NCBI GenBank assembly: GCA_965204745.1 | Contig: OZ242010.1 | Location: 896,001 to 960,000, forward strand | Length of the DNA stretch: 64,000 bases | Reading direction: 5' to 3' | Origin: Candidatus Latescibacterota bacterium | GTDB lineage: Bacteria; Latescibacterota; UBA2968 | Position numbers and translations under genes: made by a program | Part shown: positions 27,646 to 37,766 of the stretch, one piece after another | Position numbering within the stretch: the first letter of the stretch is position 1 | How the letters are laid out: the number at the start of each line of letters is the position of its first letter | Notes under the pieces: generated by a model | What the model saw: the letters and a program-made list of their open reading frames with translations, nothing else | The model's database searches: none | What the model was told of the DNA's origin: nothing

Positions 27646-29652
27646 ATGGTGCGAGAACTGAACATGAGGACGTCCGGGGTGGGCGTCCTTTTTGCGTTGA
27701 TCCTCATCGCCTCGGGCGCGGCAAGTGCGAGCCCGGTCGATTCCCTGCTGGCGTGCGCGCAGAGCGATACGGCTAAACCGGTCGAATACCGCATCGACCT
27801 GCTCAAAAAAGCCCTGCGCGTGGATCGCGACCGCGCAGATGTTTGCGCGGCATTGGGCGCGTTGTTGATGCAGAAGAATACGCCCGCTGCGCGGTTGCGA
27901 GCGGACCAGTATATTTATCGCGCGATAGTATTGGATCCCGAAAATATCGAATACCGCTTTTTGTACGCGACTTTGCAACGAAAGAAGGGCTTTCGCTACA
28001 ATGCGATGAACGACTTCAAAAAAGTGCTCGCCATGGATTCCACTCGGGTAGAAGCGGCCTGCGAGGTGGGCGATTATTATTTGCAGGACATGTTGAAATA
28101 CGTGGATGCGCGGCGGTTTGACGGGGGTGGCAGCATGCGGTCTTTTGCCATGGAGAGCGTGCAGACCGCCGCGCAGTACTACCGCTACGCGCTGTCCCGC
28201 GACCCCTATTGCAAACGCGCGTATTACGGGTTGGGGATGCTGAGCATCGAAGGGGGGTATGCCGAAGATTTGATCGCTATCGCGCGAGAACTATTAGCCC
28301 GATGGCCGCGGGATCGCGACGGGCTTTTGTTTTTGGGATTGGGCTATTACGCGACCGAAAAGTTCGAGGCGGCGGGCACGGCATTTGATCGGGCGTATGT
28401 GCAGATGGATTCGGTCGGGCAGGCCGCGATGACGTCGGTGGCGTTGCTCGGGGGCAAAGATGGGGACGCGCTTTTTTGGCAACGGCGAGACCCTTTGTTT
28501 CTCACGCCTGTGAACGAGCGAAAGCTGGCCCATCGCGGCCGGGTCGCGTACGCAAATTTGCGATTTGGGTTGCCCGATGAGGGGGTTGCGGGATGGGAAA
28601 CGGATCTGGGCAAGGCGTGGATTCGCTACGGTCGGTATGTCAATCGCGTGAGAACCCTGATTCCGCATCGGGAGATTTGGACGTACGAGGATTTTTCACT
28701 GGAATTTTTTTCCTACGATTCCGTGCATTGGAAATTGGAATTGATGCGGGATCAGCACTGGGCACTCGTTCCGGGCGGGTGGGGCAGAAGCCAAGTGTTG
28801 GCGGATGATTTTTATATGCGCGAGCGATATGTGGATCCGTACCGCGATCAGAAATACGGGTTGCCCGCGCAGGTGGGATTTTTTAGGGCAGGAAAAGGTC
28901 GCGTGAAGGTGGCCTTGTCGTGGGGCGTGCCCAAGCGCGCGTTGCAATATCTCGAGTTGTACGGCACGTATCAAGTGGAGGTCGATGCCGGCGTTTTTGT
29001 TCACAACAGCGCTGGGCAGATGGTTGAGCAAATCAGGTGGCGGCCCGATACGTTTCGAGATGTTTGGCGCGATTCCATGAAGAGTCGCTATTTGTTGGGC
29101 GAGCGTGCGGTGGTTGTACCGCCGGATTCGCTGGCCTTGTCGTTGGAAATCCGAGATGCGGGGCAACAGACCGTGGGCGTGTTCCGCGATACCATCTTTG
29201 TACGGGCATTTCCCGATAGTGAGGTGGCGATGAGTTCGGTCGTGCTAGCGTCGCAGGTGACGGAGGGCGACGCGGGAATCGAGGTCATCCCCAACCCCTT
29301 GCGGACCTATCACATGGGCGAGTTGCTACATCTGTATTTTGAGATTTACAATTTGGCGCGAGACGCATTTGGGCAGACCGATTTTTCAGTGACGTATCGG
29401 ATTGGGCCACCGGATTTGCGGCGTTTTGCCGATCCGCAAGACCGCAAGGCCATCGCGCAGTTGGGCCAAAGCGATGCGCCGTGGCGCGTTTCCGTGAGCA
29501 CGGATTACCGCGGTAAGGACGCACACGCGCCGATTTATCTAGCTGTGGATTTGACCGAGTTGGGGTCTGGGGTACACTTGCTGTCGCTGATCGTCACGGA
29601 TCGCCAAACCGGGTTGCAAACCTGGCGCGAAACCCTGTTTCGCATTTTGTAA
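27646..29652 (+). CDS. TPR and GWxTD domain-containing exported protein
   Basis: Signal peptide, TPRs, FW..RDP..NE..H..RV.YAN..GWETDLG..IRYG. Confidence 0.85.
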   Translation: MVRELNMRTSGVGVLFALILIASGAASASPVDSLLACAQSDTAKPVEYRIDLLKKALRVDRDRADVCAALGALLMQKNTPAARLRADQYIYRAIVLDPENIEYRFLYATLQRKKGFRYNAMNDFKKVLAMDSTRVEAACEVGDYYLQDMLKYVDARRFDGGGSMRSFAMESVQTAAQYYRYALSRDPYCKRAYYGLGMLSIEGGYAEDLIAIARELLARWPRDRDGLLFLGLGYYATEKFEAAGTAFDRAYVQMDSVGQAAMTSVALLGGKDGDALFWQRRDPLFLTPVNERKLAHRGRVAYANLRFGLPDEGVAGWETDLGKAWIRYGRYVNRVRTLIPHREIWTYEDFSLEFFSYDSVHWKLELMRDQHWALVPGGWGRSQVLADDFYMRERYVDPYRDQKYGLPAQVGFFRAGKGRVKVALSWGVPKRALQYLELYGTYQVEVDAGVFVHNSAGQMVEQIRWRPDTFRDVWRDSMKSRYLLGERAVVVPPDSLALSLEIRDAGQQTVGVFRDTIFVRAFPDSEVAMSSVVLASQVTEGDAGIEVIPNPLRTYHMGELLHLYFEIYNLARDAFGQTDFSVTYRIGPPDLRRFADPQDRKAIAQLGQSDAPWRVSVSTDYRGKDAHAPIYLAVDLTELGSGVHLLSLIVTDRQTGLQTWRETLFRIL

Positions 29653-29661
29653 GGCCCGGCA

Positions 29662-30663
29662 TTAGCGCGTCCGGTTTTCCGCCTTTTGACGCCACAGCAA
29701 CCGGATCAGCGGCGGGCCGCCGAATAGAATAAACCCGAAGATCGTGACCGCGTGGACAGATGTGGCGAATGCCAGCGCAAGTTCGTTGGGCACCTGGTAG
29801 AAGAGGTGGAGGGTTTGGGCGCAAAAGAGGTGGTACGTGCCGATGCCGCCCGGGGTGGGAATGACAAAGCCGATAGTGGCGATGGTCATGACGACAAAAG
29901 CCTCAAACAAACCGAGATTGTATTGATCCGCCAAGCCAAAGCTGTAAAAGGGCACGTACATGGCGAGCCAATACAAACTGTCGAGAACGAGCGTGGAGAC
30001 CAAAATCTCCGCATAGCCCTCGACTGTGTGAATGGCGCGCAAGCCCTGCAATGCGGAGCGCAACAGGTGGGTCACTTTGTCGGCCAGCGTGGGAGAAAGG
30101 CGTGCCGACAAGCGGTGGAAGAGGAGCAACCCCGGCTCGCCGCGTGCGGAAAGCAATCCGAGAAAAACGAATGCGAATAAAATGATCGGCAAGGTCAGCA
30201 ACGCGACTTGCTCGAGCCAGGGGAATGCCGCGCCGATCTGCTCGCGGGCAAAAAAGAGCACCACGCCAAAGGTGATCAACAAGACGAGGACATCGATCAG
30301 GCGTTCGACGACCACAGTCGCCAAAATCGCGCTGATGCCGGTGGGATGATCGCGTTCAAGGGCCAGGGCACGCGCCACCTCGCCCGCACGCGGAAAAACG
30401 CAGTTGCCCGCATAAGCGACCATGACGGCCCAAAACGCGGCCCGCGTGGAAATCCCCGGGGCAACGGGTGCGAGCAAAACGCGCCATCGCCACGCGCGCG
30501 GAATGCCCGAAGCGAGGACGATGAGGCCGGACGCGATCAACCAGATGGGATTGGCGGTTTGAAAGGCGTCTTTGAGGTGTGTCCCTTCGACATTCCGAAA
30601 TGCGGCCCACAAAAAGCCCCCCATCAGGACGAGGCTGACCGCGAGTTTGAGAGCGGTTTTCAT
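29662..30663 (-). CDS. Lysylphosphatidylglycerol-synthase TM / flippase-like membrane protein
   Basis: RAWRW, PRAGE, VVERLID, PTPGGIG; ATGA overlap with era. Confidence 0.85.
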   Translation of the reverse strand: MKTALKLAVSLVLMGGFLWAAFRNVEGTHLKDAFQTANPIWLIASGLIVLASGIPRAWRWRVLLAPVAPGISTRAAFWAVMVAYAGNCVFPRAGEVARALALERDHPTGISAILATVVVERLIDVLVLLITFGVVLFFAREQIGAAFPWLEQVALLTLPIILFAFVFLGLLSARGEPGLLLFHRLSARLSPTLADKVTHLLRSALQGLRAIHTVEGYAEILVSTLVLDSLYWLAMYVPFYSFGLADQYNLGLFEAFVVMTIATIGFVIPTPGGIGTYHLFCAQTLHLFYQVPNELALAFATSVHAVTIFGFILFGGPPLIRLLWRQKAENRTR

Positions 30664-31541
30664 GAATACCCCAGGCCGCGCAGGGCCGCGTCTTTTTTGC
30701 GCCAATTCTCATAGACCTTGACGTGCAGGTCGAGGTAAATGGGGCGGTCCAAAAAGGCTTCGATTTTTTTGCGTGCATTTTGCCCAATGGTTTTGAGGGT
30801 TTTGCCCCTGCGTCCGATCACAATGCCTTTTTGAGACTGGCGTTCGACGATGATATTGGCCTGAATATAGCCCTTGGGGCGGTCTTCTTCAAACGCCTCG
30901 ATGCCGATAGCCGTTGCATAAGGCAGTTCTTGGCGGAGTTGGTGGAAGACTTCTTCGCGGATGAGTTCGGCGACGAAGAATCGCTCGGGCTGTTCGGTGA
31001 GCATGTCCTCCGGGTAGTATTGCGGGCCTTCTGGCAAGGCGTGGCGCAGGGCGACGTGGAGTTCGGGCACACCTCGGCCCTCGGTGGCCGATACGGACAA
31101 AACAGCGCGCGTGCCAAGCGCGGCGCAAATTTGTTGCTCGCAATGTTGGGCCTGATCGCGCGAGATGAGGTCCGCCTTGTTGATGGCGATGATCTTGGGC
31201 ATCTCCCATCGTTCAAACGCGCGTTGCACTTCGGCATCAAAAGAGGCGTCGAAGTGCGCCCCATCGACAATGCCCAAAAGCACGTCTGCACTTTGGGAGG
31301 CGCGCCCGATTTGTCGGTTCATAAATTCGTGCAGGCGATACCGCGCAGACATCATGCCGGGGGTGTCGAGAAACATCATTTGCGCTCGGTCGTCCGTCAC
31401 AATGCCCAGAATATTGTTGCGGGTCGTTTGGGGTTTGGGCGAGATGATCGACAGCCGCTCCCCCACCAGCGCGTTGAACAGGGTGGATTTGCCGACATTC
31501 GCCCGGCCTGCGATGACGATATATCCGGATTTGAAAGCCAT
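30660..31541 (-). CDS. era: GTPase Era
   Basis: GRANVGKST, PQTTR, DTPG, NKAD, KH domain VIGRRG. Confidence 0.96.
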   Translation of the reverse strand: MAFKSGYIVIAGRANVGKSTLFNALVGERLSIISPKPQTTRNNILGIVTDDRAQMMFLDTPGMMSARYRLHEFMNRQIGRASQSADVLLGIVDGAHFDASFDAEVQRAFERWEMPKIIAINKADLISRDQAQHCEQQICAALGTRAVLSVSATEGRGVPELHVALRHALPEGPQYYPEDMLTEQPERFFVAELIREEVFHQLRQELPYATAIGIEAFEEDRPKGYIQANIIVERQSQKGIVIGRRGKTLKTIGQNARKKIEAFLDRPIYLDLHVKVYENWRKKDAALRGLGYS

Positions 31542-31659
31542 GTGAGTTTTCCATTTATTGGGACCTACCCCCCCTAGCCCCCTTCAAATGAGGAAGGGGA
31601 ATAACATCTCTCCGTTGCGGGAAGATCCGGCAGAGGGGTCATTATTCATTTTTTTGTGC

Positions 31660-32589
31660 CTAAAAAAACAGGGTGGCGGAGATGCGGTACGTGTTGTCGA
31701 GTTGGTCGTGTTCGAGGATGGCGAGGTCGATGCCAAACCGCCTGAGTTGCAAACCCGTGCCCGCGGTGAAGTGACCGTCCCTGCGCCCGAGGCGAAATGA
31801 GACGCGCTGTCGCAAGCGGTACTCGACGCCCAGTTGGATGCTGCGTGCGGTTTCCCGAGGAGGGTTTTGGTCGTTTAGGCGCGTGCTCGCACTGATCGTT
31901 AGCTCTCCGCCGGGGATGGCGCGCTGAAAGGCAGAGCCGATGAGCAACGACGGTGAGATGCTGTCTGTGACGCCGTCGGGAAATGCGATGCGCGTTTGGG
32001 TGAGATCGCGCAGGGTCGCGCCGATGCGGATCGTGGAAATGGGCAAATAGAGCGCGCCGAAGTCCAAGCCGATGCCGGTGCCGATGCCCACGCCCAAGTC
32101 GCGCCTGATGAGTTTCACGCCCGCGCCCAAGTGCAATTTATCCGTTATCCGCCGCCCATAAGCGATCCGAAAAACGTAATCGGTCGTGCCGATCTCGTCG
32201 GTGATGACCGGGCGATTGCCCGGGCCGATGGGCAGATTGGGGTCTTCCAAAGTGGTCAGAGAGATTTTGTCAACGCCTGCGCGCACAATGCCCACGCCCA
32301 TGCCACCCTTGAAGATGGGCACGCGCGCGGCAAAGACGTCGTGGTTCACACTGCCGCCGAATTGCTCGGCGTGTTGGAGGTGGATTTCCCGGTTGGGCGA
32401 CGCATGGGCCAGGCCCGCGGGATTCCAGTACACGGCTGTGGCGTCCAGACTGAGCGCGACATACGCGTTGCCCATGCCCAAGGCGCGCGCGCCTGCACCG
32501 AGCAGGAGGGGGTCGCCCGCATAGTGGCCCGTTTGTGCGTGGGCCGCACTGGTCAGCGCGAATATCAGCCAAGTCGCAATGCGTTTCAA
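31660..32589 (-). CDS. PorV/PorQ-like outer-membrane beta-barrel
   Basis: GARALGMGNAYVA..DATAVYWNPAGL; C-terminal Phe. Confidence 0.8.
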   Translation of the reverse strand: MKRIATWLIFALTSAAHAQTGHYAGDPLLLGAGARALGMGNAYVALSLDATAVYWNPAGLAHASPNREIHLQHAEQFGGSVNHDVFAARVPIFKGGMGVGIVRAGVDKISLTTLEDPNLPIGPGNRPVITDEIGTTDYVFRIAYGRRITDKLHLGAGVKLIRRDLGVGIGTGIGLDFGALYLPISTIRIGATLRDLTQTRIAFPDGVTDSISPSLLIGSAFQRAIPGGELTISASTRLNDQNPPRETARSIQLGVEYRLRQRVSFRLGRRDGHFTAGTGLQLRRFGIDLAILEHDQLDNTYRISATLFF

Positions 32590-33179
32590 GGATCGGTCTC
32601 GCGTGATGGGGGGATGAGAATCGCGGTATTGCCCGGGCGCAGGGCCGAACCGAGGGCTTTGATATCCTCGGGGGATAGGGCGATATGTGGTGTCGTGTCG
32701 GTTGACATGCCGCTAGCTTGAATGACGAGGGCAGGCGCGAAATAGAGGCGGGAACGGCGGCGAGGCCCTTCGATCAGGCGCCCGAAAAAGTCGAGGGGCA
32801 AAAGCCGACCGCGCAATCGCAGGTTTGCATTGCCCGGCTCGACCGAGACGGGATCGACGCGGCGGGCAAAGCGATAGGTCTGCGTATGCTCGGCACTCGT
32901 GGGCGACAAGTTGAGGATGGGACACATTCTCAAAATATTGCCATTGGCCTTGAGGTGAACGCGCTTTGCCGCGAGGTCGATGACGAGGTAAAACTCGGCC
33001 GTTTGGGCTTGATCGAGTTCGAGAATGAGGGCGTCTCTTTGGTTTTGGAGCGCGATCACGTCTCGACCAAATACAGGGGGTTGCGCGAGGAGCAAACCGA
33101 TCAGTAGATATAGACCTGGTCGCCAACTTGAAGGGTGCGATGCACAAAGGCGAGGTCGTCGTCGTTGAGGCGAATACAT
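32586..33179 (-). CDS. Hypothetical exported protein, L,D-transpeptidase-like N-terminal part without the catalytic motif (start uncertain)
   Basis: YLVIDL motif parallels the neighbour's YIVIDT; stop overlaps the PorV-like start. Confidence 0.5.
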   Translation of the reverse strand: MYSPQRRRPRLCASHPSSWRPGLYLLIGLLLAQPPVFGRDVIALQNQRDALILELDQAQTAEFYLVIDLAAKRVHLKANGNILRMCPILNLSPTSAEHTQTYRFARRVDPVSVEPGNANLRLRGRLLPLDFFGRLIEGPRRRSRLYFAPALVIQASGMSTDTTPHIALSPEDIKALGSALRPGNTAILIPPSRETDP

Positions 33180-33679
33180 CCGTGCGTGATATGCCTTCCG
33201 AGCAGGGCGGGATATAAGGTGCCGTGGATTTCGTAGCCCTCGCCCAATTCGAGGGCATAAGCACCTAAGGTCGTCTGGTCGAGGCGGCGAAAGGCCCAGG
33301 GCAATACCGGGGGGGCTTCGCCACTTTCGACAAAGGCCCAGATGGGTTTGGCCCAGATGGGATCTGTCACTTTACGCAAAATGGTTCGGACGCCCACTGG
33401 GGTGTGAAATTGCCAGCGCGCCGCGTTCCGCGGGTGGAGTAGCACTTTGCCGCTGCCAGTCGCGCAGGTCGCTTCTCGTATCACCCGATTGTCGCGCCAC
33501 ACTTGAAGGCGGTTGTGGACCGTGTCGATCACGATATAGGATTTCGCCGCGTGGCGGTTCAGGCTTTCGCGGAGGGATGCGATTTCGGCATGGAGTTGTT
33601 CGATTTCCACATCGCGCGCAGAGAGCCGCGGGGAGAAACCGAAGCACAAGAACAGGATGATGAACAGGGATAGGCGCAT
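33101..33679 (-). CDS. L,D-transpeptidase (YkuD family)
   Basis: IHGT...THGCIRL; signal peptide. Confidence 0.9.
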   Translation of the reverse strand: MRLSLFIILFLCFGFSPRLSARDVEIEQLHAEIASLRESLNRHAAKSYIVIDTVHNRLQVWRDNRVIREATCATGSGKVLLHPRNAARWQFHTPVGVRTILRKVTDPIWAKPIWAFVESGEAPPVLPWAFRRLDQTTLGAYALELGEGYEIHGTLYPALLGRHITHGCIRLNDDDLAFVHRTLQVGDQVYIY

Positions 33680-33843
33680 GGTGTGGCTCGGAAATTGTCT
33701 AATTGCAAGCCCTTCCCAAAATGCGGAGGAAAGACTCGGGCCTTCCATTCGTCGCAGACATGGGCTAGGTCCCATAAATTGCAAAACCGAGACGCTTTTT
33801 GCACGCCTCGGTTTTTGTGTTTTGAGAAGCTATCGGATGGGGA

Positions 33844-34455
33844 TTACATCCGCAGGTACCAGGGTTTGTTCTGGTTTTGCCAGTCTGTGATCTTTTGGAG
33901 AGCCATCGCGATAGAACCCTGAACTTGAGACAGTTGGGTTTCGGCATCGCGAGCGCGGGCGAGCGCGTCATTGTATTTCCCGGTGTCGAGATTGCTGCGC
34001 GCATCGCTTGCATTGGCTTCGGCTTGATTGAGATCGGCGTTGAGTTGATCGAGGTCATCGTCCGCGCCTTTGCCCCGAGGGGCTTCGCCCAAACTGCCTC
34101 TGGTGTCTGAAATGCCGAGCATGACGCGGTCGATGATCGTTTGGGTTTCCGTGCTGATCTCGTTCTTGCTGGTCTCGGCTTCGGCTTTGGCGCGGTCAAA
34201 CAAGTCTTTTGCCTGCATGTAACCCGCCGTGGCCCCATCGTGTTCGTTTTGCTCAAATTTGCCATTGGCATCGTCAATGGTGCTGGTGGCAGAACGAAAT
34301 GTGTCGGCAGCATAGACATCGGCCTCGGCCGCTTTGGCCGCGGTTTGGGCCGCCATCGCTTCTTCTTGCGCTTTCAGGTCGGCTTCGTTGGGCCGACAAC
34401 CCGAAATGACAAGTGCCAACATGAGAACTGAACAAAGGCTTAAAATAGATCGCAT
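33844..34455 (-). CDS. Helical lipoprotein (DUF4398-like)
   Basis: ISGC lipobox, AEADVYA motif, Ala-rich helices; AAGGAG RBS. Confidence 0.7.
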   Translation of the reverse strand: MRSILSLCSVLMLALVISGCRPNEADLKAQEEAMAAQTAAKAAEADVYAADTFRSATSTIDDANGKFEQNEHDGATAGYMQAKDLFDRAKAEAETSKNEISTETQTIIDRVMLGISDTRGSLGEAPRGKGADDDLDQLNADLNQAEANASDARSNLDTGKYNDALARARDAETQLSQVQGSIAMALQKITDWQNQNKPWYLRM

Positions 34456-34616
34456 CGTGAATCTCCTTGTTTGCTGTTACGTGAAAACGGCGTCCTCTGC
34501 GAATGTATTGGAAAGATAAAACACATGTTTCAGGTTGTCAATACCAAAATGGGAAAAGCAACCACAGATGAACGATGAAAGGCGAAGATGTGAGAAGTGA
34601 GACGCGAGATGGGGGT

Positions 34617-34722
34617 TAGCCACAAAAGGCACGAGCGGGTACAACTGGGCAACAGCTAGTTCAAAGGCGATCAGTGTGTAAGGGCGATGCCCCTGTGCTC
34701 GCCCAAAGATACGAGACGCGAG
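34617..34722 (+). repeat. Composite REP-like element copy
   Basis: TTAGCCACAAAAGGCACGAGCGGGTACAACTGG..GGGCGATGCCCCTGTGCTCGCCCAAAGATACGAG. Confidence 0.8.
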
Positions 34723-34766
34723 TTTTTGTCACTCCTGCGGTTGCCGGAGTCCGGTGACTTTTGTCT

Positions 34767-35603
34767 TTACCGCCGTTCGCTTTTTTTATAGAACATTTTG
34801 TTCAGCGGGCGTTTGGGGGCCGTGAGGTATTTGACTTCGCCGGGGGTTAGGGCTTTGCCAAAGACGGCGATTTCGTCGACTTCGCCGGGGTATTTGAAGT
34901 GGTTGAAGCGCATCACGAGGTTTTCGATGTCCCAAGTGACTTGTTGCGGCAGTGGGCCTTTGCTACCTGCGAGTTTGCCATCGACGTACAGGGCCCATTC
35001 TGCATCGGCGTTGCCGCTGTTGAAATTGGACCACGTAATCGCGACGTGGTGCCAGTCGTTGGGCTGCCAGTTGACGGGCACGGCGATCACGCGCTCTTCA
35101 AACATCTGGTCTGTAATTTCCCCATCTTTGTCCGGATAGCATCCAAAGCGGAGGGTGCTGTCGGCTTTTTTGAAATCGACAAACACGACGGCGTCATCCC
35201 ACGGAAATCCGTCTCCGTATTTTTTGCCGATGTGAAAGGGTTCGGGATTATCGTTTTCAAAGTTGGCTATGTCGGCCTTGAGCCAAAACGCCACACTGCC
35301 CGACCAAGCACTGTCCGCGCTGTACGCGAGGTTGTCTTTGCCCGCGTAGTTGAGCGCACCTGCGTTGGCGTTGAACGACAGGTACCCGTCCGGATTGCCG
35401 CCATCCATGATGTGGCTGGTGTTGGCCGTGTCAAAGGTCGCCAAATCCTTGCCGAGGCTGTCGAGGGCATCCACGCCCTTTTCAAAGTTGGCGAAGAAAA
35501 GCACATGTGCGTGCAAGTTCTTTTCAATGGCCCTTTCCGGGCCGCCGCAAGCTGTGCACAAAATGAGGACGAGCACGCCGAGATGGGAAAGGCGAAACGA
35601 CAT
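34767..35603 (-). CDS. LamG/concanavalin-like jelly-roll lipoprotein
   Basis: CTAC lipobox-like, SVAFW, WHHVAITW, LYVDG, DEIAVF. Confidence 0.8.
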   Translation of the reverse strand: MSFRLSHLGVLVLILCTACGGPERAIEKNLHAHVLFFANFEKGVDALDSLGKDLATFDTANTSHIMDGGNPDGYLSFNANAGALNYAGKDNLAYSADSAWSGSVAFWLKADIANFENDNPEPFHIGKKYGDGFPWDDAVVFVDFKKADSTLRFGCYPDKDGEITDQMFEERVIAVPVNWQPNDWHHVAITWSNFNSGNADAEWALYVDGKLAGSKGPLPQQVTWDIENLVMRFNHFKYPGEVDEIAVFGKALTPGEVKYLTAPKRPLNKMFYKKSERR

Positions 35604-35781
35604 GAGAAAATCTCCTAAAAAAAGCCGAGGTTCAGCGCGTTGTAAAGTTGCCGCGCAGCGGGTTCGCAAGTGATATACTTCCAAAACGCGGGGATGTCAA
35701 CCCCAAAACAAAAAAAACAAATGCGTAACGTCCGTTTTTAATACAGGCACTTACGCGAGGGGCGCAAGTGCCTGAAGGAAG

Positions 35782-35855
35782 TGCGGCAGAGAGGACTCGA
35801 ACCCCCAACCCTCTGGTCCGAAGCCAGATGCTCTATCCAATTGAGCTACTGCCGC
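35782..35855 (-). tRNA. tRNA-Arg(TCG), CCA not encoded
   Basis: Cloverleaf GCGGCAG/CTGCCGC, anticodon arm TCTGG-CTTCGGA-CCAGA, GTTCGAGT. Confidence 0.93.
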
Positions 35856-35978
35856 TGTGGGGATAATATACGGATTGTGATCGCGTTTTGCAAGGGAAAG
35901 GAATTGACTTGACAGGATAAAGCGCGTGGAGTAATTAAAAACCCACTCTTTGTTTTTATTTTTTCGTGGAGGTGTAAT

Positions 35979-37268
35979 TTGAGTACGCGTTCAAAGGCAT
36001 TATTTGATGCGGCGAGGCGCGTGATTCCCGGCGGCGTGAACAGTCCGGCGAGGGCATTTGGGCCGGTCGGTGGCGATCCCCTATTTATCGTGCGCGGTGA
36101 GGGGGCGCGAATTACCGATGCGGATGGCGCGTCTTATATCGACTTTGTGGGATCCTGGGGGCCGCTCATTTTGGGCCATGCCCATCCGGAAGTCGTTGCG
36201 GCGGTACAGGCGGCGGCAATAGCGGGAACGAGTTTTGGCGCGCCGACTGAAATCGAAGTCAAAATGGCCCAATTGGTCGCAGAAATGGTGCCGGGCGTGG
36301 AAATGGTGCGGATGGTCAATTCCGGCACGGAAGCCACGATGTCGGCGATTCGACTCGCACGCGGGCACACCGGGCGAAACAAAATTGTCAAGTTCGAGGG
36401 ATGCTGGCACGGGCACGCCGATAGCTTTTTGATTCGCGCCGGGTCTTCCGCGCTCACGATGGGCGCGCCGAACAGCCCTGGGGTCACGCCCGGAACCGCA
36501 GCAGATTCGATCACCGCGCCCTATAATGACTTGGAGGCCGTGCAAAAAGCCGTTGCGGAAAACAGGGATGAGATCGCCGCGGTGATCGTCGAACCCATCG
36601 CGGGCAACATGGGCGTGATTCCGCCTACGCCGGGGTTTTTGCAGGGCTTGCGGGATTTGACCACGGAATTGGGCATCGTGCTGATTTTTGACGAAGTCAT
36701 CACCGGGTTTCGCGTCGGTTCAGGCGGGGCGCAGGCCCTGTATGGCATGACGCCCGATTTGACGACTTTGGGGAAAATCATCGGCGGCGGGTTGCCGGTT
36801 GGCGCGTTTGGTGGCAAGCGGGAAATCATGTCGGACATTTCTCCGCTGGGCAAAATGGTGTCGCAGGCCGGCACGTTGTCCGGCAATCCCTTGGCGATGA
36901 CAGCGGGGTATGAGACTTTGAGGAGATTGCGTGCGCCGGGGGTATATGACGCGCTGGAGGCAAAAGCGCGGGCGTTGGAGACCGGCATTCGGGAAAATTT
37001 GAACGCGCTGGGATTGAAGTATCAGACCAATCGGGTGGGTTCGATGATGACCTTGTTCTTCACGGAAACCCCCGTGACCTCGTTTGATGCGGCCAATGCG
37101 TGCGATCAGGATTTGTTCGCCCGGTATTTTCGGGAGATGCTCAAGCGCGGCATTTATCTCGCGCCGTCGCAGTTCGAGGCTGCGTTTGTCTCTCTGGCGC
37201 ATTCTGATGCGGATATCGACGCGACCGTGAGGGCAAATTACGAAGCCCTAAAAATATGTACAATATGA
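35979..37268 (+). CDS. hemL: Glutamate-1-semialdehyde 2,1-aminomutase
   Basis: [33 protein letters not shown]; GGAGG RBS + TTG start. Confidence 0.96.
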   Translation: MSTRSKALFDAARRVIPGGVNSPARAFGPVGGDPLFIVRGEGARITDADGASYIDFVGSWGPLILGHAHPEVVAAVQAAAIAGTSFGAPTEIEVKMAQLVAEMVPGVEMVRMVNSGTEATMSAIRLARGHTGRNKIVKFEGCWHGHADSFLIRAGSSALTMGAPNSPGVTPGTAADSITAPYNDLEAVQKAVAENRDEIAAVIVEPIAGNMGVIPPTPGFLQGLRDLTTELGIVLIFDEVITGFRVGSGGAQALYGMTPDLTTLGKIIGGGLPVGAFGGKREIMSDISPLGKMVSQAGTLSGNPLAMTAGYETLRRLRAPGVYDALEAKARALETGIRENLNALGLKYQTNRVGSMMTLFFTETPVTSFDAANACDQDLFARYFREMLKRGIYLAPSQFEAAFVSLAHSDADIDATVRANYEALKICTI

Positions 37269-37738
37269 AAAAGATATGGCTCGTGCTCTTGCTCGGTTGC
37301 GTGGGTTGCGGGTCTCCGTATGCCGACTATTTTGATCAACTGCGCTCCGGCTCGGTTGAGCAACGCCTGGACGCGGCGACTTTTTTGGGCGGGCATCGGA
37401 TCGTGGAGGCCATTCCCCATTTGCGCGCTGCGTTGCGCGACACCGTCCCACAGGTGCGAACAAAGGTCGCGTGGGCATTGGGCGCGTTGCGGGCGAAGGC
37501 GGCGTTGCGCGATTTGAGTTTGATGCTCGGCGACAGGGATCGGAATGCGCGCCAAGTTGCCGCGTGGGCATTGATGCAACTCGAAGAACCCGAAGCCATT
37601 CCCGCACTCGAACGCGCGATGGCGTCTGAACCCGATGCCTGGGTCAAAAAAGACATGGAACGCGCAACGCGCTATTTGAGGCAGTTTGAAGGTGAAGCAA
37701 ATGTCGAAGAAAGCCGCGTGCGAGGAGCGTTTTTTTAG
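37265..37738 (+). CDS. HEAT-repeat lipoprotein
   Basis: CVGC lipobox, VR..AWALG repeats; ATGA overlap with hemL. Confidence 0.75.
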   Translation: MKKIWLVLLLGCVGCGSPYADYFDQLRSGSVEQRLDAATFLGGHRIVEAIPHLRAALRDTVPQVRTKVAWALGALRAKAALRDLSLMLGDRDRNARQVAAWALMQLEEPEAIPALERAMASEPDAWVKKDMERATRYLRQFEGEANVEESRVRGAFF

Positions 37739-37766
37739 CGTAGTACACGTCATGGCGAATGTGATC

